Shown here: piece by piece, positions 18,214 through 27,019 of the stretch
Position numbering within the stretch: the first letter of the stretch is position 1
How the letters are laid out: each line of letters begins with the position of its first letter
Source: Methylorubrum extorquens
GTDB taxonomy: Bacteria; Pseudomonadota; Alphaproteobacteria; Rhizobiales; Beijerinckiaceae
Length of the DNA stretch: 32,000 bases
Assembly (NCBI GenBank): GCA_900234795.1
Contig: LT962688.1
Span: 2,880,001 to 2,912,000, forward strand
Direction: 5' to 3'
Made by a program: the position numbers and the translations under genes
The notes under the pieces: model-generated
Databases searched by the model: none
What the model was told of the DNA's origin: nothing
What the model saw: the letters and a program-made list of their open reading frames with translations, nothing else

Positions 18214-18282
18214 CACCGAGGTAATCGCGCTGGCAGGATGTGCGGACTCGATTCGGCCTCATCCGCAAGCCAACGCCCCGGC

Positions 18283-18768
18283 ATGTCCACAGCTCTCGCC
18301 CACATCGTCCTGCCGCCGGACCGGCGCCAGTCACCGACCGCGCTCAACATCCAGCGCGGGGTCCGACGCCTGCTCGCCGAAATGGGCTGCGTGAGCCTGC
18401 CGGAATTCTCGCTTGCCAACGGGCGCCGCGCCGACGTGATCGCGCTCTGCGGCGCCGGACGGCTCACCATCATCGAAATCAAATCGAGCGTCGCCGACTT
18501 TCGCGCCGACCGGAAATGGCCGGATTACCGCGACTATTGCGATCGCTTCTTCTTCGCGATCCCCGAGACGGTGCCGGAATCGCTGATCCCCGAGGAATGC
18601 GGCCTCATCGTCGCCGATTCCTTCGGCGCGGCGATCCTGCGCGAGCCGCCGGACCATCCCCTGAGCCCGGCCCGGCGCAAGTCGGTCACCCTACGCTTCG
18701 CCCATTCCGCCGCCGGTCTCCTGCACGCCCTGGCCGATCCCGGCGCGATCCGCGAGGGGGCGCTCTGA
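18283..18768 (+). CDS. mmcB: MmcB-family (DUF1052) DNA-repair nuclease-like protein
   Basis: Within ORF 18238..18768, the ATG at 18283 is preferred. The PD-(D/E)xK-like core is RRADVIALCGAGRLTIIEIKSSVADFRADRKWPDYRDYCDRFFFAIP. Confidence 0.7.
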   Translation: MSTALAHIVLPPDRRQSPTALNIQRGVRRLLAEMGCVSLPEFSLANGRRADVIALCGAGRLTIIEIKSSVADFRADRKWPDYRDYCDRFFFAIPETVPESLIPEECGLIVADSFGAAILREPPDHPLSPARRKSVTLRFAHSAAGLLHALADPGAIREGAL

Positions 18769-19002
18769 CGGCGCGCGCTCGTCGCGAAACGCGCCGAGCA
18801 CGAACACCCGGATCGCGGAGGAGAGGTTGCGCGCGCCGCGCTCGGAATCGATGGCGCCGATCAGCGCCTGCACCGATTGCCCGCGCGCCTGCGCGATCTC
18901 TTGCAACGCAGTCCAGAACTCCGCCTCCAGCGAGACGCTGGTGCGGTGGCCCGCGATCATCACCGAGCGTTTCGCGTTCTCCCGCAGGGGCGCTCGCGTC
19001 AT
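18691..19002 (-). CDS. Ribbon-helix-helix domain protein (RHH_4-like)
   Basis: 103-aa ORF. HRTSVSLEAEFWTALQEIAQARGQSVQALIGAIDSER...NLSSAIRVFVL matches the conserved alphaproteobacterial RHH family. The start overlaps the stop of the upstream DUF4169-like ORF by 4 nt. Confidence 0.65.
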   Translation of the reverse strand: MTRAPLRENAKRSVMIAGHRTSVSLEAEFWTALQEIAQARGQSVQALIGAIDSERGARNLSSAIRVFVLGAFRDERAPSERPLADRAGIGQGVQETGGGMGEA

Positions 19003-19187
19003 TCCTTGTCGGGATCGGCGAGGCGATGACCCTCGTGGCGGGACTGCTCGATCGCCTTGCGCGTCTCGGCCAGTGTCTTCGCCTTCTTCGGCCGGCCGAA
19101 CAGGATGCGGTTCTCCGCGGCCTTGGCCTCTTTCGCTGCCTTCTCACGGTCCTTGCGCACCTGGCGCAGGTTGATGATCTCGGCCAC
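18999..19187 (-). CDS. Small charged protein, DUF4169-like
   Basis: 62-aa ORF: MAEIINLRQVRKDREKAAKEAKAAENRILFGRPKKAKTLAETRK... This is the characteristic N-terminal INLRxxRK motif of the family. Confidence 0.6.
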   Translation of the reverse strand: MAEIINLRQVRKDREKAAKEAKAAENRILFGRPKKAKTLAETRKAIEQSRHEGHRLADPDKE

Positions 19188-19207
19188 CGTGTCAGCCCTC
19201 CGGACGA

Positions 19208-19232
19208 CCCGGCGCGGAGGGTCCGCGCCGGG
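19208..19232 (-). terminator. Hairpin downstream of fumC (terminator-like, no U-tract)
   Basis: A perfect 10-bp GC stem, CCCGGCGCGG-AGGGT-CCGCGCCGGG, sits 16 nt after the fumC stop. No T-run follows it on the transcribed strand. Confidence 0.35.
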
Positions 19233-19247
19233 AAGCGAAACTAGCGC

Positions 19248-20666
19248 TTATTCCGCGCTGGGCGCCAGCATGGTTTCGGGGCGCACGACCCGCTCGAATT
19301 CCTCGTCCGTGACGTAGCCGAGCCGCAGCGCCTCTTCCTTCAGGGTGGTGCCGTTCTTGTGCGCGGTCTTGGCGATCTCGGCGGCCTTGTCGTAGCCGAT
19401 CGAGGGTGCGAGCGCCGTCACCAGCATGAGCGAGCGGCTCATCAGGTCGCTGATTCGGTCAGTGTTGGCCTTGATGCCGACGACGCAGTTGTCGGTGAAG
19501 CTGACTGAGGCGTCAGCCAGGATCCGCACCGATTGCAGCACCGCGTTGGCGATCACCGGCTTGAACACGTTGAGCTCGAAATGACCCTGTGAGCCGGCAA
19601 AGCTCACCGTTGTGCCGTTGCCGACCACCTGCGCGCAGACCATCGTCAGCGCCTCGCATTGGGTCGGGTTGACCTTACCCGGCATGATCGACGAGCCGGG
19701 CTCGTTCTCCGGCAGCGACAATTCGCCGAGGCCCGAGCGCGGGCCGGAGCCGAGCAAGCGGATGTCGTTGGCGATCTTGAACAGACCGGAAGCCAAAGCC
19801 GTCAGCGCGCCCTGGAGGAACACGAGCGCGTCGTGGGTGGCGAGCGCTTCGAACTTGTTCTCGGCCGAGGTGAAGGGCAGCCCGGTCAACTCCGCGACCT
19901 TGGCCGCGAACCGCTCCGCGAATTCAGGATGCGCGTTGAGGCCGGTGCCGACAGCGGTGCCGCCCTGCGCCAGCGCCAGCACGCCGGGGAGCGTGGCGGC
20001 GATACGTGCGCCACCGAGCGCGACCTGCGCGGCGTAACCGGAGAATTCCTGGCCGAGCGAGACCGGCGTCGCATCCTGCAAGTGCGTGCGGCCGATCTTG
20101 ACGATGCTCCCGAACTCCTTCGCCTTGGCATCGAGCGCGGTGTGCAGGTGGGAAAGCGCCGGCAGAAGCCGCTCCTGCACCTCGCGGGCAACCGCGATGT
20201 GCATGGCGGTGGGGAAGGTGTCGTTCGAGGACTGGCCACGGTTGCAATGATCGTTGGGGTGAACCGGCGACTTGCCGCCGCGCTTGCCCCCGAGCCGCTC
20301 GTTGGCGAGGCTCGCGATCACCTCGTTGGCATTCATGTTGGACTGCGTGCCCGAGCCTGTCTGCCACACCACCAGCGGGAACTCGTCGTCGTGCTGTCCG
20401 GCAACCACTTCGGCGGCGGATTCGGCGATGGCGTCGGCGATCTTCGGATCGAGGCCGCCGAGATCCTTGTTCACCAGCGCGGCGGCCTGCTTGACGATGC
20501 CGAGCGCGTGGACGAGCGGCGCCGGCTGGCGCTCGGTGCCGATCTTGAAGTTCTGGATCGAGCGCTGCGTCTGGGCGCCCCAGTAGCGGTGGGCGGGCAC
20601 TTCGATCGGGCCGAAGGTGTCGGACTCGGTGCGCGTCTCGACGGAAGGGTTCTCGTGCGGCGACAT
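19248..20666 (-). CDS. fumC: Class II fumarate hydratase
   Basis: 472-aa ORF. It carries the signature [16 protein letters not shown], the N-terminal [24 protein letters not shown] and [11 protein letters not shown]. Confidence 0.95.
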   Translation of the reverse strand: MSPHENPSVETRTESDTFGPIEVPAHRYWGAQTQRSIQNFKIGTERQPAPLVHALGIVKQAAALVNKDLGGLDPKIADAIAESAAEVVAGQHDDEFPLVVWQTGSGTQSNMNANEVIASLANERLGGKRGGKSPVHPNDHCNRGQSSNDTFPTAMHIAVAREVQERLLPALSHLHTALDAKAKEFGSIVKIGRTHLQDATPVSLGQEFSGYAAQVALGGARIAATLPGVLALAQGGTAVGTGLNAHPEFAERFAAKVAELTGLPFTSAENKFEALATHDALVFLQGALTALASGLFKIANDIRLLGSGPRSGLGELSLPENEPGSSIMPGKVNPTQCEALTMVCAQVVGNGTTVSFAGSQGHFELNVFKPVIANAVLQSVRILADASVSFTDNCVVGIKANTDRISDLMSRSLMLVTALAPSIGYDKAAEIAKTAHKNGTTLKEEALRLGYVTDEEFERVVRPETMLAPSAE

Positions 20667-20791
20667 CGTGGCCTCTTCGTTGGCTCTGATGCGGCCCTAC
20701 TTAACGAAGCACGATGACAAGCGCGATGCCAGCCCGGAACGGGGGATGACGCATCGCGCACTCCGTTACCGCCGAGGTTGTTCGCCTGCCG

Positions 20792-22192
20792 ATGCTGGAT
20801 ACGCTGCCCCTCGCGCCTCCGACGACCACACCGCTTTTCCGGCCCAAGGTGCCGCCGCCGCTCACGCAGCCGCTCGGTCTCTTCGCCTTCCTGAAAAAGG
20901 TGCGTGAGAACCCGATCGCGACGTGGATGGACGCGCATTTCGAGGAATTCGTCGTCACGGGCGAGACGGCGATGGGGCGCATCACCGTCGTGAGCGACCC
21001 GGCGCTGGTACGCTACCTGCTGGTGGAGCGTGCCGCCCACTACCGCAAGGACGACCTGCAGAAGCGCGTGCTGGCGCCGGGCCTCGGCGACGGCCTACTC
21101 ACGGCGGAAGGCGACGAGTGGCGGCTTCAGCGGCGCACGCTGGCACCGATTTTTTCCGCGCGCCATGTGGCGGGATTTGCAGCGCAGATGGATGCCGCCG
21201 GCGCGCGGCTCGGCCGGCGGCTGGCCCGGCGCGACGGTGCCACAGTCGATGTCGCCCTGGAGATGACCCGCGCCACCCTCGACGTGCTGGAGCGGACGAT
21301 CTTCACGCAAGGCCTGCCCGGCGATCCCGATGCGCTCGGACGCGCCATCACCCGCCTGCTCGAATCGATCGGACCGATCGACCCCCTCGACGTGTTCGGC
21401 TTCCCCGCCTTCGTGCCGCGACTCGGCCGGCTGCGGGCCCGGCCGGCTTTGCGGTTCTTCGCCGAGGTGGTGGACACGCTCCTCGACGAGCGCAAGGCGG
21501 CACTCGCCCGCGGCGAGGCGCCACACGATCTGATGACGCTGCTGCTGGCCGCCCAGGATCCGGAAACCGGTCGCGGCCTCACCGACCTCGAGGTGAAGGC
21601 CAACATCGTCACCTTCATCGCCGCCGGCCACGAGACCACGGCCAACGCCCTGACCTGGGCGCTTTACTGCCTGTCGCAGGACGAGGCGTCGCGCAACCGC
21701 GTGGAAGCGGAAGTCGATGTTGCCGTCGGACCGGACGGCGCGCTGCAACTCGACCGGCTGCCCTTCACCAAGGCGGTGATGGAGGAGACGATGCGGCTGT
21801 TCCCGCCGGTGCCGTTCCTCAGCCGCCAAGCGCTTCGCGAGGACCGGATCGGGCGGGTGAAGATCCCCCGCAACTCGACCGTCATCATCGCGCCCTGGGT
21901 GATGCACCGGCACCGCAAGCTGTGGGATGAGCCGGACGCCTTCATCCCCGAGCGCTTCCTTGGGGAGCGGCGCGAAAGCGTCGAGCGCTTCGCCTACCTG
22001 CCGTTCGGGGCGGGTCCGCGGGTTTGCATCGGCCAGAGCTTTTCTGTGCAGGAAGCGACGCTGGTGCTGGCTCACGTGGCGCGCGCGGTGCGGTTCACCT
22101 TGCCAGCGGATCATCCACCGGTCACGCCACTTCACCGCGTGACGCTGCGGCCGAAGGACGGCCTGCGGATGCTGGCCCAGCGGCGCGCCTGA
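20792..22192 (+). CDS. Cytochrome P450
   Basis: 466-aa ORF. The heme-thiolate loop is FGAGPRVCIGQSF, the I-helix is FIAAGHETTA, the ExxR motif is EETMRL, and PERF is present. Confidence 0.9.
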   Translation: MLDTLPLAPPTTTPLFRPKVPPPLTQPLGLFAFLKKVRENPIATWMDAHFEEFVVTGETAMGRITVVSDPALVRYLLVERAAHYRKDDLQKRVLAPGLGDGLLTAEGDEWRLQRRTLAPIFSARHVAGFAAQMDAAGARLGRRLARRDGATVDVALEMTRATLDVLERTIFTQGLPGDPDALGRAITRLLESIGPIDPLDVFGFPAFVPRLGRLRARPALRFFAEVVDTLLDERKAALARGEAPHDLMTLLLAAQDPETGRGLTDLEVKANIVTFIAAGHETTANALTWALYCLSQDEASRNRVEAEVDVAVGPDGALQLDRLPFTKAVMEETMRLFPPVPFLSRQALREDRIGRVKIPRNSTVIIAPWVMHRHRKLWDEPDAFIPERFLGERRESVERFAYLPFGAGPRVCIGQSFSVQEATLVLAHVARAVRFTLPADHPPVTPLHRVTLRPKDGLRMLAQRRA

Positions 22193-22196
22193 CGCA

Positions 22197-22229
22197 CGCG
22201 ACCGCCCCCCCGGAGAAGGAGCGGTCGCG
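22197..22229. terminator. Hairpin between convergent P450 and sspB genes
   Basis: The CGCGACCGC ... GCGGTCGCG stem is 9 bp with a 15-nt loop, followed by GGAAAAAAGAA on the + strand. The T-run on the minus strand precedes the stem, so the hairpin is not a canonical terminator for either gene. Confidence 0.25.
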
Positions 22230-22240
22230 GGAAAAAAGAA

Positions 22241-22894
22241 TCAGTTCTTCTTACGGAAGGCGTCGAGGCTCACGACCTCAGCGGTGCCGTCGCGATCGGT
22301 CTTCTCGGCGGCTTCAGGCTTAGCCTCGCTGCCGTCCTCGGACTTGTTGTCCGGCTTGAGATCCGTCTTCGCCTTTCCGGAGGCGGGAAGGGCCGGAACG
22401 ATCTTCGGGCCGTTCTGCACCGTGGCGAGACCCGTGCTCTTCGGCTTGATCTCGGCAGGCTCGGAGCCCGCTCCGCGCGGGCCGGCCTTGGCCGGCGCAC
22501 TCGGCTGCGTTTCCTCCGCCTGCTCGCCCTCGGCACCCTCGTTGAGATCGAATTTGAGGCCGAACTGCACTGACGGATCGAAGAAGCCGGACAGCGCGTC
22601 GAACGGAATCAGCAGCCGCTCCGGCACGCCCGAGAAGGACAGCCCGACCTCGAAGCTGTGCTCGGTCACGCCGAGATCCCAGAACTGGTGCTGCAGGACG
22701 ATCGTCATGTCCTGCGGGTACTTCTCGCGCAGGCGCTGCGACATGCGCACACCCGGCGCCTCGGTGCGGAACGAGATGTAGAAGTGATGCTCGCCCGACA
22801 ACCCTTCACGCGCGGCGTCGGTCAGCACCTTGCGCACGACACCGCGCAGGGCGTCCTGAACCAGGAGATCGTAACGGATCAGATCTTCGGCCAT
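22241..22894 (-). CDS. sspB: SspB-type ClpXP adaptor (alphaproteobacterial form)
   Basis: The ORF spans 22241..22909, with a likely start at ATG 22894 (MAEDLIRYDLLVQDALRGVV). The conserved N-terminal substrate-binding domain (HHFYISFRT...MTIVLQHQFWDL) is followed by a low-complexity linker and a C-terminal tail ending VVSLDAFRKKN (ClpX-binding-like). Confidence 0.8.
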   Translation of the reverse strand: MAEDLIRYDLLVQDALRGVVRKVLTDAAREGLSGEHHFYISFRTEAPGVRMSQRLREKYPQDMTIVLQHQFWDLGVTEHSFEVGLSFSGVPERLLIPFDALSGFFDPSVQFGLKFDLNEGAEGEQAEETQPSAPAKAGPRGAGSEPAEIKPKSTGLATVQNGPKIVPALPASGKAKTDLKPDNKSEDGSEAKPEAAEKTDRDGTAEVVSLDAFRKKN

Positions 22895-22939
22895 CGGCGC
22901 TCGCTTCACCGGTCACGGCCGGGATTGGGCTGCGCCGGG

Positions 22940-23290
22940 TCGTGGAAATTGAGTGGAGGTTTCTGTTGCCAGGTACCTCCGAACCCCGCCTATGCGGTGC
23001 TACCCGCTAGGACTTTAGGTCGGTTTTTGGCACCGCTTACGCGGCGACAGCCACCGGAGCAAAGTTGTCGTTGGCAACTATTGCAAAGGCCCGATAACGG
23101 CGGAACCATGCCGAGCGAAAGTTCACCCTTTACGCCCTCGTCGATCCTATTTCGCCCCCGCCGGAACCCAACACGTGAGGCCGTGCGGCCATCGGTCCTG
23201 GGTTCGGGTGGAGGCGCCGGGTACCGCCCCCGGGTCCGATAGGTTTATTTCGAAGAACGTTTATCGCCATAGCCGGCCTTGCGACCGGCA
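22940..23290 (-). ncRNA. ssrA: tmRNA (SsrA), circularly permuted two-piece type; ends approximate
   Basis: Minus strand. The coding piece begins GGGGGCGAAATAGGATCGACGAGGG at 23159, matching the conserved tmRNA 5' end. The tag frame is GCC AAC GAC AAC TTT GCT CCG GTG GCT GTC GCC GCG TAA = ANDNFAPVAVAA* (23075..23037). Upstream lies a T-arm-like hairpin CCGGG-GGCGGTA-CCCGG, then CGCCTCC-A-CC (23216..23207). That segment pairs with GGGGGCG to give a 7-bp acceptor stem with a G3:U pair. The order is acceptor piece, then a 46-nt spacer hairpin (GAACCCA...TGGGTTC), then the coding piece. Confidence 0.85.
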
Positions 23291-23296
23291 AAGCGA

Positions 23297-23325
23297 ATAT
23301 AGAGAGGCCGACGGCGGTTTTGAAG
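23297..23325 (-). promoter_or_regulatory. Candidate sigma-70 promoter of ssrA
   Basis: On the minus strand: CTTCAA (23325..23320), a 17-nt spacer, then CTATAT (23302..23297). This matches the alphaproteobacterial consensus CTTGAC-N17-CTATAT at 4/6 and 6/6 positions. Confidence 0.4.
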
Positions 23326-23370
23326 AGCGATCTGCGCTCAGACCCGCTCCGCGTTGTGAGCGTGGCCGAT

Positions 23371-24189
23371 ATGCCGCCCGCCGTTGCCGACGCACGCCCG
23401 TCGAAACCCCCGCTCGCGGCGGGTTTGTCATGGTTCGGCCGGGTGCTGCTGCTCATCGCGGTCCCACTCGCCATCCTGCTTCTGGCGAGCGGCCTCGCCA
23501 TCCTCATCGTGCGTGTCGGCGGCGATCTGCGGCTCGGCATCGACCCGTTCACGATCGCCGCCGCGCGCCCGCGGCTGCCCCTGTCGGAGGTGACGGGGCG
23601 CGGCGTCATGATGGATGCCCTGCGGCAAGTGCTGATGGCCGGGCTCGTGATCGGGCTCGCCGCCTGGGCCGGCGGCGGCGCCTGGCGCCAGCGGCTCGGA
23701 CTAGCCCGCCCCCTCGAACCCCGTTTGCCGATGCGGCGGCTCTGGCTGCTGCTCCCGCTCTGGCCGATGATCCACATCGCCTGGGTGACGACGACGGCGG
23801 CAGCACTCCACATGAATTTCGGCAGCGGGGTCCGTCTGTCGCCCTTCCTGAACCCGACGATGCTCGGCCTGTGGTTCGCCTTCGTCGTGGTGCTGGCCCC
23901 GGTCGCCGAGGAGTTGCTGCTGCGGGGCGAGACCTTCGCCCGGGCCAGCGCCTTCCTCGGGCCGGCGGGAACGATCGTGGCGACGGCGCTTCTGTTCTGC
24001 CTCGCCCATGTCTCCCTCGATCCGGGTGCCAAGAGCGCGCTCGCCCGGCCGCTGACCCTGTTGCCGCTCGCGCTGACTCTCGGCTGGCTGCGCTGGCGCA
24101 CTGGCCGGCTCTGGCCCTGCATCCTGCTCCACGGCTGGAGCAATTTTTGTCTCCTCGCCTACCAGCTCGGGCCGAGCCTCCTCCGGTAG
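23371..24189 (+). CDS. CPBP-family (CAAX-type) intramembrane glutamic protease
   Basis: The ORF begins at 23320 with TTG; the first ATG is at 23371. It has multiple TM helices. Motif 1 is PVAEELLLRGE (EExxxR), motif 2 is LLFCLAH and motif 3 is ILLHGWSN. Confidence 0.75.
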   Translation: MPPAVADARPSKPPLAAGLSWFGRVLLLIAVPLAILLLASGLAILIVRVGGDLRLGIDPFTIAAARPRLPLSEVTGRGVMMDALRQVLMAGLVIGLAAWAGGGAWRQRLGLARPLEPRLPMRRLWLLLPLWPMIHIAWVTTTAAALHMNFGSGVRLSPFLNPTMLGLWFAFVVVLAPVAEELLLRGETFARASAFLGPAGTIVATALLFCLAHVSLDPGAKSALARPLTLLPLALTLGWLRWRTGRLWPCILLHGWSNFCLLAYQLGPSLLR

Positions 24190-24284
24190 AGCTCGATCCC
24201 GCGTAACCAAGACCAGGGGAAAGGCGGGACGGCGGGCAGGCCCGACTCGACATCCGACGGGGCAATTGCCAGACCTGAGGGGCC

Positions 24285-25079
24285 ATGCGCGCCTATCACG
24301 ATCTGCTCACCCGCATCCTGTCCGAGGGCGTCCGCAAGGAGGACCGAACCGGCACGGGCACGCTCTCGGTGTTCGGCCACCAGATGCGGTTCGATCTGGC
24401 GGACGGCTTTCCCCTCGTGACGACGAAGCAGCTCCACCTGCGCTCGATCATCTACGAACTGCTGTGGTTCCTGAAGGGCGATACCAACGTCGCCTATCTC
24501 AAGGAGAACGGCGTTACGATTTGGGACGAGTGGGCCGACGCGAATGGCGATCTCGGCCCCGTCTACGGGAAGCAGTGGCGCTCCTGGGCGAAGCCCGACG
24601 GCGGCACCGTCGATCAGATCGCCTGGATCCTCGACGAGATCGCCCGCAACCCGGATTCGCGCCGCCTCATCGTCTCGGCCTGGAACCCGGCCGACCTCGA
24701 TCGGATGGCGCTCGCACCCTGTCACTGCCTGTTCCAGTTCTACGTGGCGGACGGGCGCCTGTCCTGCCAGCTCTACCAGCGCTCGGCCGACGCATTCCTC
24801 GGCGTTCCGTTCAACATCGCGAGCTACGCCCTGCTCACCGCGATGATGGCGCAGGTGACCGGGCTCAAGGCCGGCGACTTCGTCCATACCTTCGGCGACG
24901 CGCATCTCTACGCCAACCATCTGGAGCAGACCCACCTCCAGCTTTCGCGCGAGCCGCGGCCCCTGCCCCGGCTGCGATTGAACCCGGAGGTGCGCTCGCT
25001 GTTCGACTTCCGCTTCGAGGACATCGTGATCGAAGGCTACGAACCGCATCCCGCGATCAAGGCACCGGTGGCGGTCTGA
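24285..25079 (+). CDS. thyA: Thymidylate synthase
   Basis: 264 aa. [31 protein letters not shown], the active-site PCH ([12 protein letters not shown]) and DAHLYANH are all present. Confidence 0.95.
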   Translation: MRAYHDLLTRILSEGVRKEDRTGTGTLSVFGHQMRFDLADGFPLVTTKQLHLRSIIYELLWFLKGDTNVAYLKENGVTIWDEWADANGDLGPVYGKQWRSWAKPDGGTVDQIAWILDEIARNPDSRRLIVSAWNPADLDRMALAPCHCLFQFYVADGRLSCQLYQRSADAFLGVPFNIASYALLTAMMAQVTGLKAGDFVHTFGDAHLYANHLEQTHLQLSREPRPLPRLRLNPEVRSLFDFRFEDIVIEGYEPHPAIKAPVAV

Positions 25080-25579
25080 TGGATCGACCCCGCATCTCTC
25101 TGGTCGTAGCCATCGCCCGCAACGGCGTGATCGGCCGCGACAACAGCCTCGCGTGGCGGCTCTCCAGCGACCTGAAGCGCTTCAAGGCGCTCACCATGGG
25201 CAAGCCGATCCTGATGGGGCGCAAGACCTGGGATTCGATCGGCCGCCCCCTGCCCGGACGGCGCAGTCTAGTCATCACCCGCGACCGCAGCCTCACCCTC
25301 CCCGATGTGACCGTCGTGCATGATTGGGACGAAGCGCTCGCCGCCGCCGGGGACGACGAACTGATGGTGGTGGGCGGCGCCGAGATCTACCGGCTCGCCC
25401 TGCCCCATGCCGACCGGCTGCATCTCACCGAAGTCGATGCGGCGCCCGAGGGTGATGCGTACTTTCCGCCCTTCGACCGGGCCCTCTTCCGTGAGACGTT
25501 GCGCGAGGCGCGCGGCCCCGGCGAGCGCGACGAATTCGCGTTTCAATTCGTGGATTTGGAGCGGTTGGGCTGCCGTTGA
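25079..25579 (+). CDS. folA: Dihydrofolate reductase
   Basis: ATG 25079 overlaps the thyA stop (TGATG). ISLVVAIARNGVIGRDNSLAWRLSSDLKRFKALTMGKPILMGRKTWDSIG is the canonical DHFR N-terminus. In the track it appears only as the tail of ORF 24266..25579. Confidence 0.9.
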   Translation: MDRPRISLVVAIARNGVIGRDNSLAWRLSSDLKRFKALTMGKPILMGRKTWDSIGRPLPGRRSLVITRDRSLTLPDVTVVHDWDEALAAAGDDELMVVGGAEIYRLALPHADRLHLTEVDAAPEGDAYFPPFDRALFRETLREARGPGERDEFAFQFVDLERLGCR

Positions 25580-25870
25580 TCGGGCATCCGGCGCTTTGGC
25601 CGCAGGGGCGGAAAGAGTTTCGTGGCACGAACGGCCGTTGCGGTTGACGCGGTGTGGGCCCACCTGCCAGCCTTGACAGGACTGCGCGGCGCCACTCAGG
25701 TGCGCAGCGTCCGTGCGGCACTGCAAACGCGTTCTGGCGCTTGGGAAAATTGGGAAAACCGGCTTTTCCCGCCCCGTGGCGGGGCGACGGACCGCGTTTA
25801 GGGCCAGGGTTTTAGGGCAAGGGTCGTCCGCATTCGCGGGGACCGGCTTCAGCAGGAGTTCACGTCGAGA

Positions 25871-27019
25871 ATGCCTTGGAGCAATCAGAGCGGCGGCGGG
25901 GGTGGCCCCTGGGGCCGTCCCGGCGGCGGCGGCGGCGGTAACGGCGGCGGTCCCTGGGGTGGCGGGGGCGGCGGCAAGACGCCCCCCGATCTCGAGGATC
26001 TGCTCCGGCGCGGCCAGGATCGTCTCCGCGGCGTCATGCCGGGCGGAGGCTTCGGCGGCGGCAAGGGCCTCCTCCTGGCAGCGGGCCTCGTGCTCGGCGC
26101 GTGGCTGCTGACCGGATTCTACATCGTGAAGCCGAACGAGGTCGGCATCAACACGATCTTCGGGCGCTATACCGGCCAGTCCGGTGAAGGCCTGCGCTAC
26201 AACTTCCCCTACCCGATCGGCTCGGTGCAGAAGCCCAACGTCGGCATCGTGAACTCGATTCCGATCGGCTACATGGCTGCCGGCAACACGACGCGTCAGC
26301 GCGACGTGCCGGAAGAGAGCCTGATGCTCACCGGCGACGAGAACATCGTCGACATCGATTTCGAGGTGCAGTGGCGCGTCAACCCGCTCAAGGCGGAGGA
26401 CTACGTCTTCAACCTCGCCAACCCGGACGGGACGATCAAGGCCATCGCCGAGAGCGCGATGCGTGAGGTGATCGGCCGCCGCAACATCCAGGCGATCCTG
26501 ACCAACGAGCAATCCAGCATCTCTCAGGAGGTCAAGGAGATCGTCCAGAGCGCTCTGGACGAGTATGGCGCGGGCGTGCGGATCGAGGTCGTGCAGCTCA
26601 CCAGCGTCACCCCTTCCCCGGAGGTGCGGCCCGCCTTTATCGACGTGAACGCGGCGCAGCAATATGCCCAGCAGGTGCGTAACGAGGCCGAGACCTATGC
26701 CAGCCGCGTGACGCCGGAAGCCCGAGGCAATGCCAGCAAGGTCATGCAAGCGGCCGAGGCCTACAAGTCCCAGGCCACCTCCGAGGCGACCGGTCAGGCG
26801 TCCCGCTTCCGTCAGGTCTACGACTCCTACAAGGTCGCGCCCGAGGTCATCCGCGAGCGGATCTTCCTCGAGACGATGGAGCGCGTGCTCGGCTCCGTGA
26901 ACAAGGTGATCATCGATCAGAACGGTGGCGTGGCCGGTGCCAACGCCGCGGGCGTGCTGCCGGTGCTGCCTCTGATGGAGAATGGGCGGACGCAGACGAA
27001 CGGAGCGACGGGCCGATGA
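25871..27019 (+). CDS. hflK: FtsH protease modulator HflK
   Basis: 382 aa. It has a Gly-rich N-terminus (PWSNQSGGGGGPWG), a single TM segment and an SPFH/band-7 domain. Its stop overlaps the hflC start by 4 nt. Confidence 0.9.
   Translation: MPWSNQSGGGGGPWGRPGGGGGGNGGGPWGGGGGGKTPPDLEDLLRRGQDRLRGVMPGGGFGGGKGLLLAAGLVLGAWLLTGFYIVKPNEVGINTIFGRYTGQSGEGLRYNFPYPIGSVQKPNVGIVNSIPIGYMAAGNTTRQRDVPEESLMLTGDENIVDIDFEVQWRVNPLKAEDYVFNLANPDGTIKAIAESAMREVIGRRNIQAILTNEQSSISQEVKEIVQSALDEYGAGVRIEVVQLTSVTPSPEVRPAFIDVNAAQQYAQQVRNEAETYASRVTPEARGNASKVMQAAEAYKSQATSEATGQASRFRQVYDSYKVAPEVIRERIFLETMERVLGSVNKVIIDQNGGVAGANAAGVLPVLPLMENGRTQTNGATGR

Noticed and set aside
16669-18216. 515-aa minus-strand ORF
   Set aside because: It is antisense to the DedA and binding-protein genes, both of which have clear family motifs. 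The sequence is Arg/Gly/Asp-rich and low-complexity.
22895-23370. Genomic island integrated at the tmRNA gene
   Set aside because: tmRNA 3' ends are common integration sites, but here the flanks are sspB and a CPBP protease. There is no integrase, no direct repeat of the tmRNA 3' end and no compositional shift.
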